This document shows, piece after piece, positions 9,375-18,181 of a DNA stretch of 64,000 bases. This stretch comes from an uncultured Candidatus Saccharimonadales bacterium (lineage in GTDB: Bacteria; Patescibacteriota; Saccharimonadia; UBA4664): assembly GCA_964609585.1 (NCBI GenBank), contig CAZSRA010000006.1, forward strand, positions 3,184 to 67,183, in the 5' to 3' direction. The notes under the pieces are model-generated. The model was not told where the DNA came from. It did no database searches and saw only the letters and a program-made list of their open reading frames with translations. A program made the translations under genes and the position numbers. The stretch's first letter is position 1. The number at the start of each line of letters is the position of its first letter.

Positions 9375-10358
9375 ATGATTACTCGATATCTAGAGACATT
9401 CGACAAGACTCATGCGACCGCAGAAACGATTGTGCCGGATTTGATGCGGCATATTCATGCCAGGCAGCATCTGGGCAAAGCGGTGGTGCTATGTGAAGAG
9501 CCGGAGGCTATGATGGGACTAGCCGAAAAGCAGTGGCGTAAATTATCTCGGGTACTACAGCGTCAACGGACGTTCACTACTAATGCTGTGGAGATTCTGA
9601 AATATACGTATACGATTACTCAGATGCAGCATGCGAGCTTCACTACGGAGTCGGTGCACGATAATCCGGAGGCGAAGGTGTATTTTGCGTCAGCGGACCG
9701 AATGCCAAGGCTGTCGGCTGATTGTTTGAGCTTATACATGACGGCATCAGTAGAGGCCTCCATCGTGGATCGGTTGGTGGTACAACTGCCAAATTTGTGT
9801 CTGCTCGTAGACTACAGCGGGCAAATCAAGACCGGCCAACCCGGGCTGGAGTTGCGTTCTGAGCTAGAAAAGAGCGTGAGCAAGCGGTGGCACGACGTTA
9901 AGGCGCTCTTGACGGCGAACCAGATTGATATTAACCGGCTGTTGAATCCCGCTTTTAGCACCGAAGCTATTGATGACGCCGTAGATGAGTTATTAAACCG
10001 GGATGCGGAGTTTTTGGCTTTGGCTAATGATTTCCAACGACGATTGGATTTGGCGAGACCGCTTCGGAGCACGCCGCGAGCTATGCGCGATCAGTATGAG
10101 GTGTTTATTGTGCTAGCCCACCGCGTACAGACTTTTGCGACGGGTTCTTTTTCGCCTCAATTTTTGCGAACGTATGCCAACGATACGTTCTTCTTGCACG
10201 ACCAACTGCGCGTGGGCGAGTCATTTGCGATGGCATTGCAGCACCATGAGGCGGCGGGCAGGGCGAATATTGTACGCGCCATGATGCGAATGGGCGGGTT
10301 GGTGGAGCCGGAACTTAGCCAGCCGCTGATGCCCGGCAGCATGATGCAGGCGGTTTAA
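9375..10358 (+). CDS. Hypothetical protein
   Basis: 327-aa ORF with SD-like GAGGGAAGG upstream, in operon orientation; no recognisable motif. Confidence 0.75.
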   Translation: MITRYLETFDKTHATAETIVPDLMRHIHARQHLGKAVVLCEEPEAMMGLAEKQWRKLSRVLQRQRTFTTNAVEILKYTYTITQMQHASFTTESVHDNPEAKVYFASADRMPRLSADCLSLYMTASVEASIVDRLVVQLPNLCLLVDYSGQIKTGQPGLELRSELEKSVSKRWHDVKALLTANQIDINRLLNPAFSTEAIDDAVDELLNRDAEFLALANDFQRRLDLARPLRSTPRAMRDQYEVFIVLAHRVQTFATGSFSPQFLRTYANDTFFLHDQLRVGESFAMALQHHEAAGRANIVRAMMRMGGLVEPELSQPLMPGSMMQAV

Positions 10359-10360
10359 CG

Positions 10361-11431
10361 TTGACCGCCACCGATGACCTCCAGCAGAAGATAGCCGACT
10401 TAGCGGAGGCAGCGATCCGGGACCAGGTGTTTCCCGGCTGCCAAGTGGGTTATATTCGCGGGGGCGAGGCGGTGGTTTTGCCGTTCGGACGATTTGGGTA
10501 TGAGTCGGTGTCGCCCGTAGTGTCGGAGCGAACTGTGTATGATGTGGCGTCAATTACAAAGTCGGTCCCAACGAATTCGCTCATTTTGAAGTTAATCGAG
10601 GATGGCCGACTCGGGTTGGATGATAAAGCTGCCCGTTATTTACCGGAGATCCATAACGATTACCGCGAGCAAATTTTGGTCCGGCATTTGTTGACCTACA
10701 CCGTGATCTGGGATTTGCCTGCTGGCATGTCGACGGTGGCGAAGGAGACGCCGGATCGTTTGATCGAGACGTTGTTTGAAGGCAAGCTTAAGGCGGCACC
10801 GGGGAAGCAGTATTTTTATACAAACCCGCCAGCAATTCTTTTGGGTATGATCGCGGAGCGCGTCACTGGCCAGCCTCTCGATAAGCTGGCTAAGGAGGTG
10901 TTTTTTGGCCCGCTTAAGATGGAGCGGACAGATTTTGACGGCGGGATGTGGGATGCTCGTGAAGTAGCGCCCACGGCCAAGGATTTTCGGGGCTTGGTGC
11001 AGGGTCAACCTCACGACGAGACGGCTTGGGCACTTCGAAAGCAGGGAATCATTGCCGGACACGCCGGTTTATTTACGACTTCAGCAGATCTACTGAGGTT
11101 TGCGCAAATGCTCTTAAATAAGGGCGAGCTTGGGGGTCGGCGGTATTTTGAGCCCCGCACGGTTGCACAAATGCATACGAACCAGCTGGAAGGCATTGGA
11201 GAACGCACAGGACTGGGGTGGGAAATTAATTTGGGCGAGCTGCCGGCTAGTGTCCGAGATCATGGGGTTTTTGGAAAAACTGGTTTTACTGGCTGCGCCT
11301 TGATGATGGACCCGGTGGAGAAGGTGGCGATGGTTTATTTGTCGAACCGGACGTATCCGGAGCGGCCAGCTTCGCGGGAAGGGATTCAGGAGTTTCGGCG
11401 AGGGTTGGTTCGATTGGTGATGGGGAGCTAG
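10361..11431 (+). CDS. Serine hydrolase, beta-lactamase/AmpC-like family
   Basis: SxxK (ASITK), RHLLT, YxN (YTN), HDE, GHAGLF, KTGFTG. Confidence 0.9.
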   Translation: MTATDDLQQKIADLAEAAIRDQVFPGCQVGYIRGGEAVVLPFGRFGYESVSPVVSERTVYDVASITKSVPTNSLILKLIEDGRLGLDDKAARYLPEIHNDYREQILVRHLLTYTVIWDLPAGMSTVAKETPDRLIETLFEGKLKAAPGKQYFYTNPPAILLGMIAERVTGQPLDKLAKEVFFGPLKMERTDFDGGMWDAREVAPTAKDFRGLVQGQPHDETAWALRKQGIIAGHAGLFTTSADLLRFAQMLLNKGELGGRRYFEPRTVAQMHTNQLEGIGERTGLGWEINLGELPASVRDHGVFGKTGFTGCALMMDPVEKVAMVYLSNRTYPERPASREGIQEFRRGLVRLVMGS

Positions 11432-11444
11432 GAGGGCTCACTTG

Positions 11445-11632
11445 CTTGCCATCCTTTGGCTAGTCCAGTATTCCCCCATTTTGTTTGCTTCGATAAGAAA
11501 CGCCAATCTTGCCCACGAACTCGACCCTCTTACTGTTACATGGGTACGCTGGTTGTCGGGCGTGGGCCGTAATTAGCGTTTCTTATCTTCGCTCTACCTC
11601 TTGTTTTGTCTTGTCTAGTATTTTGCGGCAAG
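11445..11632 (-). ncRNA. Candidate structured ncRNA (long hairpin, 6S-like size)
   Basis: 16-bp inverted repeat 11492-11507/11572-11587 (one mismatch that is G-U on the minus strand), nested GCCCACG/CGTGGGC and CGAC/GTCG arms, GAA/GAA internal loop, terminal CTTGCC/GGCAAG. Strand uncertain. Confidence 0.4.
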
Positions 11633-11644
11633 ACACCTGTGTCG

Positions 11645-11854
11645 CTAGACCTGCACAGTTTGGAGCGACTGAGGGAGAGATTCGAAGGCGGCTAAAAGAC
11701 GCCGGAAAGAAGGGTCGATGAGCGAGGTGTGATCGAGAGGCTCGAGGCGAGCTACGGGCTTAGGGCCTGTCTCGACTGGTAGGTTGAATTTCATAGCGCC
11801 GCGCGCGGAAACGTACATGTGGCACTCAAATGTGTTAAACGCTAGCTGGTTCAT
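11645..11854 (-). CDS. Small hypothetical protein downstream of lexA
   Basis: 69-aa ORF starting 9 nt after the lexA stop, with AGGCGG upstream of ATG. Confidence 0.4.
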   Translation of the reverse strand: MNQLAFNTFECHMYVSARGAMKFNLPVETGPKPVARLEPLDHTSLIDPSFRRLLAAFESLPQSLQTVQV

Positions 11855-11863
11855 AAAATCCGC

Positions 11864-12484
11864 CTAATACTTTCGAATCAGCCCAATGACAACGCCTTGA
11901 ATCTCGATAGGGGTACCTGGCTCGATGATAATTGGCTCCATTGTGGAATTCGAAGGCTGGAGGCGGATGTGATTTTTCTCTTTGTAATAACGCTTGAGAG
12001 TAGCCTCGCCGCCATTAATGAGCGCAATTACCATTTCGCCATTGCTTGGCGTGGGTTTTTCGGTGACCACGACGTAATCGCCGGTGTGAATGCCTTCGTC
12101 GATCATGGAGTCACCTTTCACCTGCAGGACGTAGGAATTCTTGCGACCGACCATGAAGGCTGGGACCTCGAGAGTCTCGGCATGCGTACCGAGGGTTTCG
12201 ATGGGCTGACCCGCAGCGACAAGGCCGAGGATTGGTAAGTCAAATTGAGGCGTGGCATCGATGTGGTCAGCTTTAACGAGCTGAATAGAACGAGCCTCGT
12301 TGTCGCTCTTGGAGAGCATGCCTTTACCGACGAGCGATTCAATGTGCTCGGCCACGGTGGCAACTGAGCCATATTTGAAATAGGCGGCGATTTCGCGATA
12401 GCTCGGTGCGTAGCCATGGAGTTCGATGAACTGCGTGACATAGTCGAGAACTTCTTTTTGGCGTTTTGTAAGTGGCTCTGCCAT
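11864..12484 (-). CDS. lexA: SOS repressor LexA
   Basis: LTKRQ..VL wHTH, PSYREIA, AG cleavage site (VAAG), catalytic GDSM and ATLK. Confidence 0.97.
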   Translation of the reverse strand: MAEPLTKRQKEVLDYVTQFIELHGYAPSYREIAAYFKYGSVATVAEHIESLVGKGMLSKSDNEARSIQLVKADHIDATPQFDLPILGLVAAGQPIETLGTHAETLEVPAFMVGRKNSYVLQVKGDSMIDEGIHTGDYVVVTEKPTPSNGEMVIALINGGEATLKRYYKEKNHIRLQPSNSTMEPIIIEPGTPIEIQGVVIGLIRKY

Positions 12485-12513
12485 TTTTGACCCTCCCAGG
12501 CTTAACTGGTTTC

Positions 12514-12542
12514 ATTGTACCGAACAAAAGCCGTAGAGTCAA
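12514..12542 (-). promoter_or_regulatory. sigma70 promoter of lexA with putative LexA operator in the spacer
   Basis: TTGACT (12542-12537), 17 nt, TACAAT (12519-12514). The spacer holds the direct repeat CCGAA-N6-CCGTA (+ strand 12520-12535). SD GGGAGG before ATG. Confidence 0.75.
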
Positions 12543-12558
12543 TAGAGAGGTGAAATTA

Positions 12559-14352
12559 TTAATTAAATTGCTTAGTAATGGGGAAATTCGTGCTGGGCTG
12601 ATAGTAGGTTTGGAAGGTATCGGTTTTTGTGACATTGCCGGCAAGGTCAAGAATGTCGCGATAGAAAACGGTGTGGGAAGGCTGCTTGGCATCGCTGGAC
12701 CCGGAGACAAACTGCGGGCCGCGAATGGCTCCGGTCTTGGTTTTGGTGCCGAAGAAGTCAAATTTCAGGTCAACCCCGTTCATAACGGTTTGGATGAGGA
12801 TGTAGTGGCCGGTGTCGTTGGTGAACTTAAAATCGACTTGGGGATAGTAGATGGTGGCGTCAACGCCGGGCACACCGTAGGGCCAAGTGTAATAGCTGAT
12901 GGCAAAAGCATGGTTTACACGTTCATTGATAGGCAATCCAGCTAAAAGTGCGGCGCGGAAAGCGGTGGTGGAGACTTGGCAAAGACCGCCGCCGTATTGG
13001 TACTCTTCATGGTCACCAATGATAACGAGCTCAGGTACATAACCGGTTTCGGGGCCCACGCTACCGAGCAGAGCACCAAATGAGAAGACTTGGCCGGGCT
13101 TGAGGAGGACACCGTTGAATTTGGAGGCACCGGAGCGAACATTGGTAAGACGGGTGCTGGGTGAGCCAGGGAAATAGGTTTCGCCTTCCGAGAGCTGGTC
13201 GGTAATTCCTAGTGAGCTGAGATTGTTTTCGTTCACGTCGGCTTGGGTGATGTCGAGCTTGAGAGCGACTTCACGGTCGGTTGCTGGGCGGCTGAGGCTT
13301 TTGGTGATGGAATTTACCGCATCGGTTTGGTCGAGTTTGATGCCGGTGCGGCTGGGCTGGATGACGGTGAGTTGGCCGTTTTGCATGTCGAGGGCGGCAT
13401 TTACTGGCGTTTGGTCAATGTTGCCCGCGAGGCCAGCAACGTATTTGGCGACAGCGGTTTTGTCGAGATTAACATCGGCAGAAGGCGGCGGTGGGTAGAG
13501 CCCCTCGAGGTTGAGTGTGGTGAGAAAGGGTTTAACGGGTTTGGAACCAACTTGAATCCAGGAAATGATGGTTTTTTGGTCAACGGTAAGCTCGGTACCG
13601 GAATACGACAGAGAAATAGGGCCGGCAAGATAGCCGCCCAATTGATTGGTGACGGCACTGAGCGAGTCGGTGCCGAGCATGGGTACCAACTGGTAAACGG
13701 GCGCCCGAACTGGGTCGATAGACATTTGCGACAAACGGCCTGAGACGAGACTGGTGAGCTGACCAAGGTCGAGGCGGGTGCCGGATTTGGCGGGGTTAAC
13801 GATGGGACGGCCAGAATCGAAGCTAAGGCTAGCATCCGAGACGGGAGTGATGAGGTCGTCGGCTAATTGTGTAATATAGGGCACAAGATGGGCGTCATCG
13901 TAGCTGTAGACGGCGAAATTGGTGTCGCGGCCGAGGAGGGTTCGGAGTTGGCGGCGAGCTTTGTCTAGCCAACTCCCCTGCCGGCCATATTCGAAGGCAA
14001 GGTCGGTGGCGCGGGTGGTGTCATAGGTGACATTTAGGCTAGCCACCGGGATACGCAGGTTGGTGTCACCGTTGGAGATGGTGACAACTTGGCCAGAGAA
14101 ATCGGTGATTTTGCCGGCAAGACGAGCTTTAGCGGCCGAGCGGGACAGGCCACCAATATCAATACCGTCGGCCATGATGCCAGGGAAAATTTTGCCAGCG
14201 TAGACGATTTCAAAACTTGAAACTAAGAGGACGGCCAGAACGAACATTACGCCAAAGGAGCGCAGCCATAGTGGAGCGCGTTCCCAAGTGGAGGCATCGG
14301 CCTCAATTTCGGTTGGCTCATCTTCAACTGGCGCGGGCTTTGATTTTGCCAT
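12559..14352 (-). CDS. VanW-domain protein with PG-binding-4 (YoaR-like) repeats
   Basis: N-terminal TM, GIDIGGL repeat, C-terminal R..N.....G....PG..FSF, GGGLCQVSTT.FRAAL, DATIY, DFKF.NDT. Confidence 0.9.
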   Translation of the reverse strand: MAKSKPAPVEDEPTEIEADASTWERAPLWLRSFGVMFVLAVLLVSSFEIVYAGKIFPGIMADGIDIGGLSRSAAKARLAGKITDFSGQVVTISNGDTNLRIPVASLNVTYDTTRATDLAFEYGRQGSWLDKARRQLRTLLGRDTNFAVYSYDDAHLVPYITQLADDLITPVSDASLSFDSGRPIVNPAKSGTRLDLGQLTSLVSGRLSQMSIDPVRAPVYQLVPMLGTDSLSAVTNQLGGYLAGPISLSYSGTELTVDQKTIISWIQVGSKPVKPFLTTLNLEGLYPPPPSADVNLDKTAVAKYVAGLAGNIDQTPVNAALDMQNGQLTVIQPSRTGIKLDQTDAVNSITKSLSRPATDREVALKLDITQADVNENNLSSLGITDQLSEGETYFPGSPSTRLTNVRSGASKFNGVLLKPGQVFSFGALLGSVGPETGYVPELVIIGDHEEYQYGGGLCQVSTTAFRAALLAGLPINERVNHAFAISYYTWPYGVPGVDATIYYPQVDFKFTNDTGHYILIQTVMNGVDLKFDFFGTKTKTGAIRGPQFVSGSSDAKQPSHTVFYRDILDLAGNVTKTDTFQTYYQPSTNFPITKQFN

Positions 14353-14416
14353 ATGGCAGTATTATGGCACATTTGCAGGCTAGACGGGTATAATCGATGA
14401 ATAATGAGTGTGTACT

Positions 14417-15607
14417 ATGCCGCGCAAGAAGATCTCCGAGTTTAGGGCCAAGACGATTTTGGCGAATGTTTTGGGTTTGGATTATGCGGGGGTGACATTG
14501 GACACATCTGGTGACTGGCGAGCGGATGTAGCGATGCTTGATGAGCATAAGCGCTATGTCGTGAAAGTGGACCAAGGAGTGAAGGGCCGCTTTAAGAAGG
14601 GTTTGGTGAAACTGGGACGAACGAAGGATGAGGTCACTGCAGATGTGGAGGCCATGGCTGCCCTGGGTTTTGAGCATGCACTGATAGAGGAAGAGCTGGA
14701 ACATCCGGCAGAAGCTGAGCGGTATTTGGCATTTGAAAGGTTGCGGGTAGGTAATGTAATGAGCTTTTCGGCCCGTGGTGGGGTAAATGTGGAGGATGCG
14801 CCCGAGGAGATTCGGCGAGCACCTTTTACGCAAGAAGTGGCGGAACGGGCGGCAGAAGCGTTGGGCCTGCCGGCTAAGGCTTTGGTGAAACTGGCACAGG
14901 CTTTTGACGATAATTATTTCTCGTTTTTGGAAGTGAATCCGCTTGTGGTCGTGGACGGGGCAGCTCGTTTGCTAGATGCCGCGGTAGAGGTGGACTCGGA
15001 GGCGGGATTCCTGGTGGACGGGCGATGGACGCCGGCGGATTTTCGGGTGTATGAGGCCTCGGCGCGGCTGCCGCAGATGGTGGCAGTGGAAGAGCTCGCT
15101 GCTCAGAGCCAAGCGTCGTTTCGGCTGGCGGTTTTGAATGCTAATGGGAGCATTTTCCTGCTGCTGTCGGGCGGCGGGGCGAGTGTGGTGCTGGCGGATG
15201 AGGTATTTAACCAGGGGCTGGGCCGAGAGCTGGGAAATTACGGCGAGTATAGCGGGAATCCAAATACGGAAGAGACGGTGATTTATACGCGGCAGGTGAT
15301 TTCGCTTATGCTGGACTCTACGGCTAAGCACAAGGTGTTGGTGATTGCCGGTGGAGTGGCGAATTTTACGGATGTGCGGGCAACATTTAAGGGCGTGATC
15401 GTGGCACTAGATGAAGCCAAGGAAGCCATGCGTGCACAGGGAATTAAGGTATATGTACGGCGCGGTGGGCCGTTCGAAGCGGAAGGGCTTGAGATGATGC
15501 GAAAATTCTTGGAGAGCGAGGGGTTACTGGGTGAGGTAGCTGGTCCGGAAATGATGTTGTCTGAGATTATTCCACGGGCTGTGGCGGGGCTGGAGGGGGC
15601 ATCGTGA
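14417..15607 (+). CDS. aclB: ATP-citrate lyase beta subunit (ATP-grasp + citrate-binding)
   Basis: MPRKKISEFRAK, VVKVDQGVKGRFKKGLV, LEVNPL, GGGASVV, NYGEYSG, GGVANFTDV, RRGGP. Confidence 0.9.
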   Translation: MPRKKISEFRAKTILANVLGLDYAGVTLDTSGDWRADVAMLDEHKRYVVKVDQGVKGRFKKGLVKLGRTKDEVTADVEAMAALGFEHALIEEELEHPAEAERYLAFERLRVGNVMSFSARGGVNVEDAPEEIRRAPFTQEVAERAAEALGLPAKALVKLAQAFDDNYFSFLEVNPLVVVDGAARLLDAAVEVDSEAGFLVDGRWTPADFRVYEASARLPQMVAVEELAAQSQASFRLAVLNANGSIFLLLSGGGASVVLADEVFNQGLGRELGNYGEYSGNPNTEETVIYTRQVISLMLDSTAKHKVLVIAGGVANFTDVRATFKGVIVALDEAKEAMRAQGIKVYVRRGGPFEAEGLEMMRKFLESEGLLGEVAGPEMMLSEIIPRAVAGLEGAS

Positions 15608-17412
15608 GTAGCTTCGATATTGCAGCTTTGCGAAAGCTTGATCCGAAGATTGTGGCTTTGGGTAGCTCAAAAGGGATTATTCAGTCGATCTTGGACTTTG
15701 ACTTTTTGGCGGGGCGAGAGCGCCCGTCGATTGTGGCAATTGTGGCAACAGGGCGTAAAAGCGAGCGGTATTTTTTTGGGCCGCACGAGGTGGTGGTGCC
15801 AGTGTTTGGTTCGGTAGAGGGACTGCCGGAGAGATTGCGAGCGAGTATTAATTTGTTTTTGAACTTGTCTTCGGGGCGACGGGTGCTAGCATCTTCGACA
15901 CTGGCCATGAAGCATCTGCCGAAGCTGGTAGGCGGAGTGGTGTTTGCAGAAGGATTGCCAGAGCGGCATGCGATTGAGCTAGCGCGGGCGGCTGAGACGG
16001 CGGGCGTGTGGCTGGCCGGTGGTGCGAGCGTGGGGGTGGTGGTGCCGGGCGTGGTGAAGCTCGGGCCGATTGGGGGCGTGCAGGCGCCGCAGTTGGTGAA
16101 ATCGAAGCTATTTACGCCGGGAACGGTCGCCGTGGTGAGCTCCAGCGGAGGTATGGTGAGCGAGCTGATTCGGATGGTGGCGACTACGGGGCATGCTCTG
16201 AGTTTTTCGGTGGCAGTGGGTGGCGAACGGTTTCCGCTGAGCTCGCCACAGGAGGTATTTGCGGCGGCGGAGGCGGACTCTGAGACGACCTCGATTGTGT
16301 ACTTTGGTGAGCTGGGTGGGCATGATGAATATGAGCTGGCGGAGATGATTGCTAGTGGTGCGGTGACGAAGCCGGTAGTGGCCTACATTGCGGGGTCGGT
16401 GGCGGAATTGTTTGAGTCGCCGCCGCAATTTGGGCACGCCAAGGCCATGGCGGCTTCGCAGGACGAGTCGGCGCGAGCAAAGGCAGATGCACTGCGGGTG
16501 GCCGGAGCGATGAGCGCTACGACGTTTACCGAGTTTGTGGAGTTTGTACGAGCGTTGCCGGGAGATGTGGAGGCGGCGGGGATGGACGCGAGCCTGCGCG
16601 CGATGGCCGGGCGCAAACAGGCGCTGATGGCCAGCTCAGTGTCGTACGACGACGGCGAGGGCGAAGTGCAGGTGTTGGATCAGAGCTTGCTGGCGCTAGC
16701 CGATAATAACTCGTTTGCCAAGATTGTGATCTCGATGTTTTTGGGCCGAGAGACGCATTCGGTGGAGCTGGAGGGGTTTGTGGATTACGTACTGCGGCTG
16801 CTTGTGGATCACGGGCCGTATGTCTCCGGAGCAGTGAATACGATTGTGACCGCGAGGGCAGGTAAAGATTTGGTAAGTTCGCTAGCCGCGGGGCTTCTGA
16901 CGATCGGCCCGCGATTTGGCGGAGCTGTGAATGAGGCTGCTGGGATTTGGCTTGAGGGCGTACGGAGTGGCGAGGAGCCAGGAGCGCTCGTGGAAACGTA
17001 TGCGGCGCAAAAACGGTACATTTCGGGCATTGGACACCGCAAATATCGCATCGATTCCCCCGACCCCCGGGTAGCCAGATTGCTAGAGTTTACGAGCGGC
17101 TTGAGTGAAGCCAGGTTTACGACTTTTGCGCGGGGAGTAGAGGCGGAAACGACGCGCAAGAAGGGTAATTTGATCTTGAACGTGGACGGCGCGATGGCGG
17201 CGGTGTTGCTAGATTTGCTGACGGAACGCGAAGGTTATAGCGTGGATGAGTTGCAGGCACTGGTGAATGTAGAATTTTTTAACTCTTTGTTTGTACTGTC
17301 GCGGTCGGTTGGGTTTATGGCGCACTATTTTGATCAGGTGAGGTTGGATGAGGGGATTTTCCGGCTGAGCCCGGCGCATGTGACGCGAGTACGGACGATG
17401 AGCGAGAATTAA
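15604..17412 (+). CDS. aclA: ATP-citrate lyase alpha subunit (CoA-ligase + citryl-CoA lyase domains)
   Basis: AEGLPE, SSSGGM, GELGG, phospho-His QFGHA, DHGPYVSGA.N, TIGPRFGGA, GIGHR, LNVDG, RSVG. Confidence 0.92.
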   Translation: MSSFDIAALRKLDPKIVALGSSKGIIQSILDFDFLAGRERPSIVAIVATGRKSERYFFGPHEVVVPVFGSVEGLPERLRASINLFLNLSSGRRVLASSTLAMKHLPKLVGGVVFAEGLPERHAIELARAAETAGVWLAGGASVGVVVPGVVKLGPIGGVQAPQLVKSKLFTPGTVAVVSSSGGMVSELIRMVATTGHALSFSVAVGGERFPLSSPQEVFAAAEADSETTSIVYFGELGGHDEYELAEMIASGAVTKPVVAYIAGSVAELFESPPQFGHAKAMAASQDESARAKADALRVAGAMSATTFTEFVEFVRALPGDVEAAGMDASLRAMAGRKQALMASSVSYDDGEGEVQVLDQSLLALADNNSFAKIVISMFLGRETHSVELEGFVDYVLRLLVDHGPYVSGAVNTIVTARAGKDLVSSLAAGLLTIGPRFGGAVNEAAGIWLEGVRSGEEPGALVETYAAQKRYISGIGHRKYRIDSPDPRVARLLEFTSGLSEARFTTFARGVEAETTRKKGNLILNVDGAMAAVLLDLLTEREGYSVDELQALVNVEFFNSLFVLSRSVGFMAHYFDQVRLDEGIFRLSPAHVTRVRTMSEN

Positions 17413-17612
17413 TTCTGGCGATTATGAGCAAAGCCAATGCTTGTGCTTGAAAGTGGAGCGATTAGGCTGCGAAGATGGTCGCCCAGATACTTGCGAGGAT
17501 TTCGACCGGTTTCAGTGTCAGCGAAGCCGAGGAAAAAGGAGCTGTGATATTGTAATAATATGTACTCCTCAAAATCTAAGGTCTTCTTATTTTCCTAAAA
17601 AGTGCTGAAAAA

Positions 17613-17629
17613 CCGAACAAGAAGTGAAC
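17613..17629. promoter_or_regulatory. Possible second LexA-type direct-repeat site
   Basis: CCGAACAAGAAGTGAAC (GAAC-N7-GAAC; CCGAA-N6-GTGAA), resembling the lexA promoter spacer CCGAACAAAAGCCGTA. Confidence 0.4.
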
Positions 17630-17686
17630 AAAATGCACAGTGATATTTACGATACGAAATCCTATATTTAATCTGAGGATAAAGTC

Positions 17687-18178
17687 ATGACCGATTGGTT
17701 AAAAAGTCAACGGAAGGCTGCTCATCTTCTTGAGAAGTATGACGTAACCGAACCACCCGTAAACGCCTTTCAGCTAGCAGCCGATGAGGGTATTGAGATT
17801 GTCTTTTTTAGCCCGACCACCCCGGAGGAAAAAGAAGTATCAGGCCTGCTCGATGCTGCAACAAAAAAGATTTATTTAAATGTTGAAGAGTTGCCCGAGC
17901 GCCAGACCTTTACTATCGCTCACGAGCTAGGACACCTAGAGCTAGAGCACGAGCCCAACGAATACGGTGCCTATAAGCGGAATGCCTTATGGGAAGAGGA
18001 AGGAAAGCCCGATGCCGAAAAAGAGGCAGATAAATTTGCTTCTGAATTGTTGATGCCAAAAAAACTGATCAACGATACCATGAAAAAGTATGGCCTTACT
18101 AAGTCGGATGCAGGCGACTTAGCGAAGATATTTGGCGTGTCCGTTTCCGCGATGAAATATAGATTAAAGAACATTTAA
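17687..18178 (+). CDS. ImmA/IrrE (DUF955) metallo-endopeptidase
   Basis: PPVN, SG..., R..FTIAHELGH (HExxH), E.EAD.FASELLMP, LA..FGVS..AM.YRL; SD GAGG. Confidence 0.9.
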   Translation: MTDWLKSQRKAAHLLEKYDVTEPPVNAFQLAADEGIEIVFFSPTTPEEKEVSGLLDAATKKIYLNVEELPERQTFTIAHELGHLELEHEPNEYGAYKRNALWEEEGKPDAEKEADKFASELLMPKKLINDTMKKYGLTKSDAGDLAKIFGVSVSAMKYRLKNI

Positions 18179-18181
18179 TTT

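Noticed and set aside
11445-11854. RNase P RNA, tmRNA, SRP RNA or tRNA in the lexA-downstream gap
   Set aside because: No GAGGAAAGTCC, no tRNA-like ends or TTCGA T-arm in context, no SRP GGAA-loop helix recognised; kept only as an unassigned structured RNA.
10361-14352. Antibiotic-resistance interpretation of the beta-lactamase-like and VanW genes
   Set aside because: Both families are widespread wall/esterase proteins; no van ligase cluster, and the serine hydrolase lacks a signal peptide.
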